This document shows, one piece after another, positions 43,485-51,260 of a DNA stretch of 54,550 nt. A program made the position numbers and the translations under genes. Position 1 is the first letter of the stretch; every line of letters begins with the position of its first letter. Source of the DNA: Verrucomicrobiota bacterium (lineage in GTDB: Bacteria; Verrucomicrobiota; Verrucomicrobiia; Chthoniobacterales; UBA10450); assembly GCA_003221295.1 (NCBI GenBank), contig QHRA01000184.1, forward strand, positions 1-54,550, written 5' to 3'. The notes below the pieces were generated by a model, which was not told the origin of the DNA, made no database searches, and was given only the letters and a program-made list of their open reading frames with translations.

Positions 43485-44582
43485 ATGGCTAGCACGCTTG
43501 CGCGCGGAGTTTACCAACAGCCTAAGGTGAATGTAGTCCCGCGAGGCACGCGGAAAAATCGCAGTTCGCGCGCTCTCGTCGTTCGCGTCGGTTTATTGTT
43601 CGCTGCGCTCTTCGTCATCGGCGTTTTCGTCTGGCAGGGAATCGCCGCCCACGGTGCGCCCGATCCCCTGCAAGCCCACACCAGCGCCACCGTCGCTTCG
43701 CTCGATATCGGTGTTCTCGTTTTCCGCGAGGGACTCGAATGCATTCTCGTTCTCGCCGCAGTCACCGCCAGTATGACCGGCTCGCGGCGCAATTATCGCA
43801 AACCAGTGATGTCAGGCGCGTTCATCGCGTTCCTCGCCACCCTTGTGACCTGGTTCGTTGCGGTCGGAATCATGAAGCAGTTGAGCGAGAACGTTCCGGC
43901 CCTGCATTTGCAAGCCGCGACCGGACTGTTCGCAGTGATCGTTCTGCTTGTGATCATGAATTGGTTCTTCCACAAAATTTACTGGGGCGGCTGGATTCGG
44001 GCCCATAATCGCCGGCGCAAATCGCTGCTCGACGCTGCGACCAGCAATTCGCGTCTGCGCTGGGGACTGATTCTCCTCGGATTCACTTCCCTTTATCGCG
44101 AGGGGTTTGAAGTGGTCCTTTTCCTCCAGAGTTATCATCTGCGGCTGGGTGGCGCAGTTGTGCTCAAAGGAACGCTGCTCGGTCTCGTCCTAACCGGGAT
44201 GGTCGCGCTCCTGACCTTCGTTCTGCAACAGCGTTTGCCTTATCGCAAAATGTTGATTACCACCGGCATTCTGCTCGGCGTGGTCTTGCTCGTGATGGTT
44301 GGAGAACAAGCTCAGGAAATGCAGCTTGCTAACTGGATCTCGACTACACCAATTCCCTGGCTCGCACATTCCATTCCGGCTTGGATGAGTCTGTGGTTTG
44401 CTGTTTTCCCAACTTACGAAACCATGGCCGCACAATTTCTCGCCGCTCTTCTCGTCATCGGTTCCTATTATGCCGCGAAACATTTCGGCGCCGTCCCACT
44501 CGCCGGCACCGACTCGGTTGAGGAAGCGAAACGCGTCAGCATCGACACCGGCATGGTGAAACCGCTCCAAGCCGTGCGGTGA
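43485..44582 (+). CDS. FTR1/EfeU-family high-affinity iron permease
   Basis: Seven TM helices carrying the two signature motifs REGLE (FREGLECILVLAAV) and REGFE (YREGFEVVLFLQ). Confidence 0.85.
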   Translation: MASTLARGVYQQPKVNVVPRGTRKNRSSRALVVRVGLLFAALFVIGVFVWQGIAAHGAPDPLQAHTSATVASLDIGVLVFREGLECILVLAAVTASMTGSRRNYRKPVMSGAFIAFLATLVTWFVAVGIMKQLSENVPALHLQAATGLFAVIVLLVIMNWFFHKIYWGGWIRAHNRRRKSLLDAATSNSRLRWGLILLGFTSLYREGFEVVLFLQSYHLRLGGAVVLKGTLLGLVLTGMVALLTFVLQQRLPYRKMLITTGILLGVVLLVMVGEQAQEMQLANWISTTPIPWLAHSIPAWMSLWFAVFPTYETMAAQFLAALLVIGSYYAAKHFGAVPLAGTDSVEEAKRVSIDTGMVKPLQAVR

Positions 44583-44613
44583 CCGAGCCGCGTCCTTTGA
44601 ACTTAATGCGCTC

Positions 44614-45480
44614 ATGTGCCCCGCGCCTTGGTCTGTAGCCACGGCGCTCTGTCGCCGTGTTCCGGATTCTTGGCGCGCGCCACATGCGAACGGAACACAG
44701 CCGTGCACGGCTGTGCGCCCAGCGGGCTTTCAGCCCGCTGTCTTCAAGATCATTCTCGTGATTGCGGTGGCAACGCTCCTTTGCCAGACCTCCGCCTTCG
44801 CCGGCGCGCGCCATTTCACTTTTATTTACGAAGCGCCTACATCCCCGCCTGGCTCCTTCGAAATCGAAAACTACGCGACCACGCGATTCGCCAATGGTTT
44901 TACCGAAGCCCTCTTTCGCAATGAACTCGAGGTGGGAATCACTGAACATTTCCAAGCCAGTATCTACTTTGCGAACTGGAATTACACGCGACGTGGCACC
45001 GATGGCGGGGTCCACTACAACAGCGCGTCGGTTGAAGTTATCTACAACCTCTCTAATCCGGTTACCGATCCGGTCGGAGTTTCTCTCTACCAGGAAATCA
45101 GCGCTGGCCGGCGCGCATTTGAATCGGAAACAAAACTCATCGCGCAAAAGAACTTCGGTCCGCTCATTCTCGCTTACAACTTAACTCTGGAGGCGGAATG
45201 GGAAGATAAAGGCCTGCGCGAACATGACGGTGAGATCCAACAAGCTTTCGGCGGGAGCTACGAAATTAGCCCGAGAATTTCAGTGGGAGCAGAGATGCTA
45301 CACGAGATTCTATTACCGGCCTGGCATAGCGCGGAAGCGGAAAACAATTTCTTCCTCGGCCCAAATGCTTCCTATCGCGGCGATCGCTGGTTCGCCACCG
45401 TTACCGCCCTTGCTCAAACCACCCGCACCGAAGGCGAACCTCATTATCAAGTGCGCCTCATCTTCGGCTTCAGCTTGTGA
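44614..45480 (+). CDS. Probable outer-membrane beta-barrel protein, start uncertain
   Basis: Signal-like segment KIILVIAVATLLCQTSAFA, alternating hydrophobic beta-strand patterns throughout, and a C-terminal ...VRLIFGFSL. The only ATG upstream of the signal is at 44614, so the ORF reads through the hairpin repeat. Confidence 0.5.
   Translation: MCPAPWSVATALCRRVPDSWRAPHANGTQPCTAVRPAGFQPAVFKIILVIAVATLLCQTSAFAGARHFTFIYEAPTSPPGSFEIENYATTRFANGFTEALFRNELEVGITEHFQASIYFANWNYTRRGTDGGVHYNSASVEVIYNLSNPVTDPVGVSLYQEISAGRRAFESETKLIAQKNFGPLILAYNLTLEAEWEDKGLREHDGEIQQAFGGSYEISPRISVGAEMLHEILLPAWHSAEAENNFFLGPNASYRGDRWFATVTALAQTTRTEGEPHYQVRLIFGFSL
44692..44740. repeat. Second copy of the two-hairpin module, downstream of FTR1
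   Basis: ggaacacagccgtgcacggctgtgcgcccagcgggctttcagcccgctg. Same orientation as 43309-43357, with paired changes in the first stem. Confidence 0.85.
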
Positions 45481-45920
45481 ATACCAGCGCCTGTAGCCTC
45501 GGTCACCGGGCGCGGCCTCTTTCCGCTAAACCTGTAGCCGAGGTCGCTCACCCCGGCCCGCGGCCACCGGCCGCGGCTACAACTTTCGCGCATCGCAGCC
45601 GCTGGGTAGGCCGAGTCGTATCGGCAATCATTACCCTATTTATCGTTAGCTGCGCGAACTTTGCCCCGCCGCCTGCAATTACTCCAGCCTTAATTGCAAA
45701 TGCGCGCCCCGATCACGCAAGCGCAAAAGATCTCGCAACCGGCCGCAACTTGTTCGTTTCCCGCTGTCTCGAATGTCACACCCTGCCCTCGGTGGCGAAG
45801 CATTCGCCGGATGAATGGCCAACACTCGTTAGCCGAATGTCAGGCCGTGCCAATCTGTCCGCCTCGGATCAATCCGCTATCATTGCCTACCTGCGCGCCG
45901 CGTCAACAACACACCACTAA
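45477..45920 (+). CDS. Monoheme c-type cytochrome, probable lipoprotein, start uncertain
   Basis: Lipobox-like LFIVSC, heme motif CLECH, and a possible Met ligand in LVSRMSG. The GTG start overlaps the upstream stop (GTGA). There is no other canonical in-frame start before the signal sequence. Confidence 0.55.
   Translation: MNTSACSLGHRARPLSAKPVAEVAHPGPRPPAAATTFAHRSRWVGRVVSAIITLFIVSCANFAPPPAITPALIANARPDHASAKDLATGRNLFVSRCLECHTLPSVAKHSPDEWPTLVSRMSGRANLSASDQSAIIAYLRAASTTHH
45490..45582. repeat. CTGTAGCC-type hairpin cluster inside the 5' end of the cytochrome c ORF
   Basis: ctgtagcctcggtcac ... ctgtagccgaggtcgctcac (complementary cctcgg/ccgagg cores) and the palindrome ccgcggccaccggccgcgg followed by ctacaac. 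Confidence 0.7.
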
Positions 45921-45923
45921 TTT

Positions 45924-45951
45924 GTCATCCTGAGCGAAGTCGAAGGATCTC
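45924..45951. repeat. GTCATCCCGAGCG-family half element
   Basis: gtcatcctgagcgaagtcgaaggatctc directly after the cytochrome c stop. No clear inverted partner. Confidence 0.65.
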
Positions 45952-46075
45952 TTACTTATTCCTAAACGCCAGGGATATATCGAATTGACACCCAAAAACG
46001 GCCCGGCGCCGATGATTCAGCGCGATTCAAGCTTAAAGAGGCCGACCACTCCCTTGCATCGGCGAAATGGAAGGC

Positions 46076-46162
46076 GAGATCGACGCTCTCGTTCGGGAAT
46101 TTGTCGCGATTCCGCAGCCAGGACAGATTATCACCAAAATACAATCGATTCACTGTGTCCAA
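46076..46162 (-). pseudogene. N-terminal fragment (~29 codons) of a DNA methyltransferase gene
   Basis: Reads (TTG)DTVNRLYFGDNLSWLRNRDKFPNESVDL, the typical N-terminus of N4/N6 DNA methylases (N.LY.GDNL..L......ESVDL). The following DPPF/DPPY motif is absent. Confidence 0.4.
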
Positions 46163-46370
46163 TAATCAGAAGTGTTTCGACTTCGCTATCGCCTCAACAG
46201 CTTTCGTTTCCTTGGTTTCCTTTTGTTCATCACATCCGTGCCATCCGTGTCACCTGTCACGCTGTAGCCTCCTCAAAGGCGGATTTGTGGTTAGACCCTC
46301 GGTTGCGGTGCAGCCGCGCAGCGTAATCCGCGGTTCGGCATGATTAACCGCGCGTTTGCAGTTGAACGGT

Positions 46371-46395
46371 GCGCGTAAGTCTGGAACTTACGCGC
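46371..46395 (+). promoter_or_regulatory. Perfect 10-bp stem hairpin ending 1 nt before the start codon of the BNR protein gene
   Basis: gcgcgtaagt-ctgga-acttacgcgc, then c, then ATG at 46397. Confidence 0.5.
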
Positions 46396-46396
46396 C

Positions 46397-49300
46397 ATGA
46401 ATTCGCTTGGTCTTCGTTCTTTCTTTTTCTTTGTTTTCGTTGCGCTAGCCGGCGCGGTCTGTGCCGCGCCCTCGCCGTCACCGAGCGCATCCCCCACTCC
46501 AGCGCCACAAATCGATCCGAGACTTTTTTCCGGAATGCAATGGCGCCAGGTCGGTCCGTTTCGCGGAGGTCGTGCACTGGCGATTGAAGGCGTGCCGGGC
46601 GAGCCTAATACCTGGTACTTCGGCGCGGTTGCGGGCGGGGTTTGGAAAACGCTGGATGGCGGGGCGAACTGGACGCCACTCTTTGATAAGCAGGACATTT
46701 CGTCCATTGGTGCGATCGCGGTTGCGCCATCCGATCATAACACAATTTATGTTGGCACCGGTGAAGCCGCCATCCGCGGTAATACGACCTACGGCACCGG
46801 GGTTTACAAATCGGTCGATGGCGGAAAGAACTGGAAAAATATCGGACTGCGCGACACGCACCAGATCGGCGCGCTCATTGTCCATCCCAACAATCCCGAC
46901 ATCGTCCTCGTGGCCGCGCTTGGTCACGCATTCGGTCCAAATGCGGAACGCGGAATCTTCCGGACCAGCGACGGCGGCAAAACCTGGACGAAAGTTCTCT
47001 CGAAGGACGAAAATACCGGCGGGATCGACGTCGTATTCGATCCGCATAATCCCAACGTCGTTTTTGCTTCGCTCTGGCAGGCGCGAAGGCAGCCGTGGTT
47101 TTTCTCCAGTGGCGGGCCGGGCAGTGGTCTCTACAAATCGGAAGATAACGGCGTCACCTGGAAGCAGCTAACGGGAAATGGACTGCCCGATGGTATCCTC
47201 GGGAAAATTGGGATCAGCGTTTCCGCTGCGGACTCGAATCGCGTTTATGCCATCATCGAAGCGAAAGAGGGCGGCATTTTTCGCTCCGACGACGCGGGCG
47301 AGAAATGGACCAAGATTAATGACGATGGCCGGTTTCGCCAGCGCGCCTGGTATTTCAGCAAGATTTACGCGGACCCAAAATCGGTCGACACCGTCTATGT
47401 TTTGAATACCGGCGCATTCAAATCGGTGGACGGCGCCAAGACCTTCAATCTCTTACCAGCGCGCCATGGCGATCATCATGGGCTCTGGATTGATCCGCAA
47501 AACCCGAATCGGATCGGCAACGCCAACGACGGCGGCGCCAGTATTTCAATGGATGGCGGCAAGACTTGGACGACGCAAAATAACCAGCCAACGGCGCAGT
47601 TTTATCATGTCGCGACCGACAACGCCTATCCGTATCACATTTACGGCGCGCAGCAGGACAACTCGAATGTTGGGATTGCGAGCCGGAGCGAGGAGGGCGT
47701 GATTACGGCGCAGAACTGGTTCGTTGCCGGTGGTGGCGAGTGCGGGTTTGTCATACCCGATCCACGCGACTGGCACATTATTTATTCCAACAGCGAAGGC
47801 TACGTCGTTCGCTACGATAAGAACAAGGAAGAAGGACAGGACGTGAGCGTTTGGCCGATGGACCATTCCGGACACGGCGCAAGCGATCTGCTGCATCGTT
47901 TTCAATGGGTCACGCCGCTCCTCCTTTCACCCCACAATCCGGACGTGCTCTACACCGCCGCGGAATGCGTTTTCAAATCCACCGATCACGGCATGAGCTG
48001 GACGCAGATCAGCAATGACCTAACAAAAAACGACAAATCGAAACAGCAGCCAAGTGGCGGCCCGCTCACCAACGACATCACCAGCGTAGAATATTACGAC
48101 ACAGTGTTTGCGCTGGCCGAATCGCCGAAAAAACAGGGAACGCTCTGGGCAGGGACGGATGACGGACTGGTGCACGTCACAACCGACGACGGCAAAAACT
48201 GGGCGAACGTCACACCAAAGATGCCGGATTGGAGCACGGTCTCGATTATCGACCCTTCGCCGCACGACGCGACCACGGCTTACGTCGCGGTCGATCGTCA
48301 CCGGCTGGATGATTTCAAGCCCTACATTTTCAAAACGACAGATCTGGGAAAGAGCTGGAGCACAATCACCAATGGAATCCCAGAGGGCGCATACGTCCAC
48401 AGCGTGCGGGAGGATCCGAAACGCAAAGGGTTGCTCTACGCCGGGACCGAGCTTGGTGTATATTTCTCGTTCGATGATGGCGCGCACTGGCAACCATTGC
48501 AATTGAACCTGCCGCAATCGCCCATTCACGATCTGGTAGTCAAGGATGACGATCTCGTCGCGGCCACACATGGCCGCTCCTTCTGGGTCCTGGATAATTT
48601 GACGCCCTTGCGCCAGCTCACCACCCAGAGCGCGTCGTCCGACATGTTGCTTTACCAACCGCAATCGGCGGTGCGATTGCATTACCCGGAAGAAATCGAC
48701 AAACGCCAGCCGGCCGGTGACAACCCGCCCATGGGCGCAATGATCGATTATTATTTTAAGAGCGCACCGAAGGATGAAGTGACTCTCGATATTCTCGACG
48801 CCCAGGGAAAACTCGTGCGCCATCTTTCGAGCAAGGAGAAAAAGGAAAATGAGCAGCCGCCAGAATGGCCGGACCGGGTGGAAGCGCCCAAGACAATTCC
48901 GGCGAATGAGGGAATGAATCGGTTCGCCTGGGATTTGCGCTACAACGAGCCGATCCAAATTCCGGGCGCATTTTACTCGGGCAACCCGCCACGCGGAGCG
49001 TTGGCCTTGCCTGGTGACTACCAGGTGAAACTAACGGCAAATGGGAAAACGCAAACGGCGCCGCTTCATCTTGTGATCGATCCGCGCACCAAAGATCACG
49101 AGGGAGAATTACCGAAACAATTTGAGCTTTCGACGCAGGTGAGCGAGCGCATTTCCGAGTTACACCAGGCGGTGAACGAAATTAGAGAGGTAAAATCGCA
49201 AATCAAGGAGTTGCACACGAAGTTCGGCGACGATCCGAAAGTGAAGCCTGCGTTGGATGCAGCGGACGGAATGGAACACAAAATGTCAGACGTGGAGCAG

Positions 49301-49603
49301 AAGTTGATTCAGGTGAACATGAAAGGGTCGGAAGGAAACCTGGCCTTCCCCAATATGCTCAACGAAGCGTTCGACACTTTTAGCCATTCGGTTGATGCGG
49401 GCGATCGCGAGCCGACCAAGCCGCAAATGGATGTTTTCGCGTCGTTGAGCGGACGGCTCGATGAGCAGTTAAAAAAATGGAACGCGATCAAACAGGATGA
49501 TCTGCCGAAAGTCACCGAGCTGATCAAGCAAGCGGATTTACCCGCGCTCGTTATTAAGGAAAACAAGGAAGGGCGATCTCCAGATCGCCCCGCCGGACTG
49601 TAG
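46397..49603 (+). CDS. Secreted BNR/Asp-box repeat protein (sortilin/VPS10-like double beta-propeller)
   Basis: Signal peptide and at least 11 Asp-box motifs (S/T-x-D-x-G-x-x-W), for example TLDGGANW, SVDGGKNW, TSDGGKTW, SEDNGVTW, SDDAGEKW, SMDGGKTW, STDHGMSW, TTDDGKNW, TTDLGKSW and SFDDGAHW. 1068 aa. Confidence 0.85.
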   Translation: MNSLGLRSFFFFVFVALAGAVCAAPSPSPSASPTPAPQIDPRLFSGMQWRQVGPFRGGRALAIEGVPGEPNTWYFGAVAGGVWKTLDGGANWTPLFDKQDISSIGAIAVAPSDHNTIYVGTGEAAIRGNTTYGTGVYKSVDGGKNWKNIGLRDTHQIGALIVHPNNPDIVLVAALGHAFGPNAERGIFRTSDGGKTWTKVLSKDENTGGIDVVFDPHNPNVVFASLWQARRQPWFFSSGGPGSGLYKSEDNGVTWKQLTGNGLPDGILGKIGISVSAADSNRVYAIIEAKEGGIFRSDDAGEKWTKINDDGRFRQRAWYFSKIYADPKSVDTVYVLNTGAFKSVDGAKTFNLLPARHGDHHGLWIDPQNPNRIGNANDGGASISMDGGKTWTTQNNQPTAQFYHVATDNAYPYHIYGAQQDNSNVGIASRSEEGVITAQNWFVAGGGECGFVIPDPRDWHIIYSNSEGYVVRYDKNKEEGQDVSVWPMDHSGHGASDLLHRFQWVTPLLLSPHNPDVLYTAAECVFKSTDHGMSWTQISNDLTKNDKSKQQPSGGPLTNDITSVEYYDTVFALAESPKKQGTLWAGTDDGLVHVTTDDGKNWANVTPKMPDWSTVSIIDPSPHDATTAYVAVDRHRLDDFKPYIFKTTDLGKSWSTITNGIPEGAYVHSVREDPKRKGLLYAGTELGVYFSFDDGAHWQPLQLNLPQSPIHDLVVKDDDLVAATHGRSFWVLDNLTPLRQLTTQSASSDMLLYQPQSAVRLHYPEEIDKRQPAGDNPPMGAMIDYYFKSAPKDEVTLDILDAQGKLVRHLSSKEKKENEQPPEWPDRVEAPKTIPANEGMNRFAWDLRYNEPIQIPGAFYSGNPPRGALALPGDYQVKLTANGKTQTAPLHLVIDPRTKDHEGELPKQFELSTQVSERISELHQAVNEIREVKSQIKELHTKFGDDPKVKPALDAADGMEHKMSDVEQKLIQVNMKGSEGNLAFPNMLNEAFDTFSHSVDAGDREPTKPQMDVFASLSGRLDEQLKKWNAIKQDDLPKVTELIKQADLPALVIKENKEGRSPDRPAGL

Positions 49604-49625
49604 ACCGCGGTTCCTTGAAGCTTCC

Positions 49626-50027
49626 CTACGATTTGTCGACGCTGTATTTCCCGGGACCGATGAAGGAAAGACAAACGAGAGCGATGACGGCTTCGATCGG
49701 AATAATTATCGAATAAAGACCGTGCTCGTGGTGCGCGACAGCAATGGCGTTTACCAGCGCAACTAGAAAGGCGAGGAGAATGCCGATGCGAAAGGCAAAT
49801 CCGAGCATCATGAAAATTCCGCCGATACATCCAGCGAGCGCTCCCAGAAACCCCCACCAGTCAAGATGCGAATGAAAGTTAAACACGCGCATGGCGCTGC
49901 CGAATTGCCACCAGCGATGTTCGCCAGAGAGAAGAACGGGCGCGCAAATTAAAATGAAGATGAGACCGACGCTCGCGCGTAAAAGCAGGAGACCGGCTTC
50001 GCGATATTTTCCAAGAAATTTCAGCAC
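49626..50027 (-). CDS. DoxX-family membrane protein
   Basis: GTG start gives MLKFLGKYREAGLLLLRASVGLIFI..., a typical DoxX N-terminus with four TM helices. The longer ORF up to 50198 runs through the repeat element. Confidence 0.62.
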   Translation of the reverse strand: MLKFLGKYREAGLLLLRASVGLIFILICAPVLLSGEHRWWQFGSAMRVFNFHSHLDWWGFLGALAGCIGGIFMMLGFAFRIGILLAFLVALVNAIAVAHHEHGLYSIIIPIEAVIALVCLSFIGPGKYSVDKS

Positions 50028-50081
50028 GCGCGAGATGCTGGACGACTCGCCGCGTGAAATCAACTCGCGATGAAGAACATC

Positions 50082-50237
50082 GTCATCCCGAGCGAAGTCG
50101 GGCTCTCTTTCTGGGGAGCACAGGCTGCCAGCCTGTAGTTCGCGGCAGCTTGCCGCGAACCGGTTTTGAGATACCGGGTAAACGCATGCATTCGGCAAGC
50201 TGCCGAATGCTACAGGCTAGCAGCCTGTGCTCCCCAG
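50082..50237. repeat. Composite hairpin-repeat element (GTCATCCCGAGCG half, 25-nt inverted repeat and two internal palindromes)
   Basis: gtcatcccgagcgaagtcgggctctc. Arms ggggagcacaggctgccagcctgta (50113-50137) and tacaggctagcagcctgtgctcccc (50211-50235). Internal ttcgcggcagcttgccgcgaa and gcattcggcaagctgccgaatgc. Confidence 0.9.
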
Positions 50238-50346
50238 AAGAGCTGCTCCGCACATTTGTAGAGCACCGAACGAAATCGACAACACGGCCGCCGCGATCCG
50301 CTTCAAGACGAATCGACCACATCGTGACATGGTGTTAATCACAGTG

Positions 50347-51066
50347 ATGAATAGGATCAGCAAAGCTGTCCTGCTTGCCGCCGGTCGCGGCACGCGGATG
50401 CGCGAGCTAACAGCCGATGTTCCCAAACCGATGATCAAAGTGCGGGGAAAACCAATTCTGCTGCATATTGTTGAAGGATTACAGGCCGCCGGCATCAAAG
50501 ATTTTCTGCTCATTGTCGGTTATCACAGCGAGACGATTCGAGAATATTTCGGCGATGGAACATGTTTTGGCCTGCGCATTCAATATGCGACGCAGGTGGT
50601 ACAAGATGGGACCGGCCGCGTTGTCGATCTCGCGCGCGACTTTGTTGGCGACTCACCATTCGTCTTGAGTTACGGCGACATTTTAGTGGATCCGGTGAAC
50701 TACAAATCAATTGTCGATCTGGCGGACGATGTCGAGGCGATCGTGAGCGTGAAACAAAATGAAGATGTGAGCAAAGGCGGAGCGGTCTTCGTTAACGAGC
50801 GGATGGCAGTGACCGACATCCGCGAGAAATCGCAGCCGGGCGAAACGACGAGCCCGTGGTACAACGCCGGTGTCTATGCATTCCGACCGAGTATTTTTGA
50901 ATGGACGGCGAAGTTGCAGCCATCGCCGCGCGGCGAATATGAATTGACCGATGCCATTCGCGATCTGGCGCAATCTGGAAGGAAAGTGAAAGCACTCGAG
51001 CTCAGCGGAGAATGGGCCGATGTGCGTGATCCAGAAATTCTCGCGCAGTTAAATCGTCCTGCCTAA
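50347..51066 (+). CDS. Sugar-phosphate nucleotidyltransferase (NTP_transferase family)
   Basis: MNRISKAVLLAAGRGTRMRELTADVPKPMIKVRGKPIL is the canonical G-x-G-T-R-x loop. 239 aa from the internal ATG. The upstream extension runs into the repeat. Confidence 0.8.
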   Translation: MNRISKAVLLAAGRGTRMRELTADVPKPMIKVRGKPILLHIVEGLQAAGIKDFLLIVGYHSETIREYFGDGTCFGLRIQYATQVVQDGTGRVVDLARDFVGDSPFVLSYGDILVDPVNYKSIVDLADDVEAIVSVKQNEDVSKGGAVFVNERMAVTDIREKSQPGETTSPWYNAGVYAFRPSIFEWTAKLQPSPRGEYELTDAIRDLAQSGRKVKALELSGEWADVRDPEILAQLNRPA

Positions 51067-51074
51067 TTCACGGA

Positions 51075-51221
51075 GTCATTCCGAGCGGACGCGAAGAACC
51101 TCACGTCCGGAGGTGCGCTACCGAGTTCCTAAGAAAGATCGTCGTCAGCGGTTCGAGCAACGTTCGGTGGATTGCGTGACCACTGTGCTTACGAGAGGTC
51201 CCTCGCTTCGCTCGGGATGAC
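51075..51221. repeat. GTCATCCCGAGCG-family palindromic element (full copy)
   Basis: Left arm gtcattccgagcggacgcgaagaacctc, right arm gaggtccctcgcttcgctcgggatgac. Confidence 0.8.
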
Positions 51222-51260
51222 ACGCGAAATAATTAACAAGCTTAGCGTTGCTTCGCAGTG

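Noticed and set aside
49626-50338. Long N-terminal extensions of the DoxX ORF (to 50198) and the nucleotidyltransferase ORF (from 50227)
   Set aside because: Both extensions are translations of the composite hairpin repeat (…LQAGSLCSPE… / …LQASSLCSPEE…). Downstream starts give canonical family N-termini.
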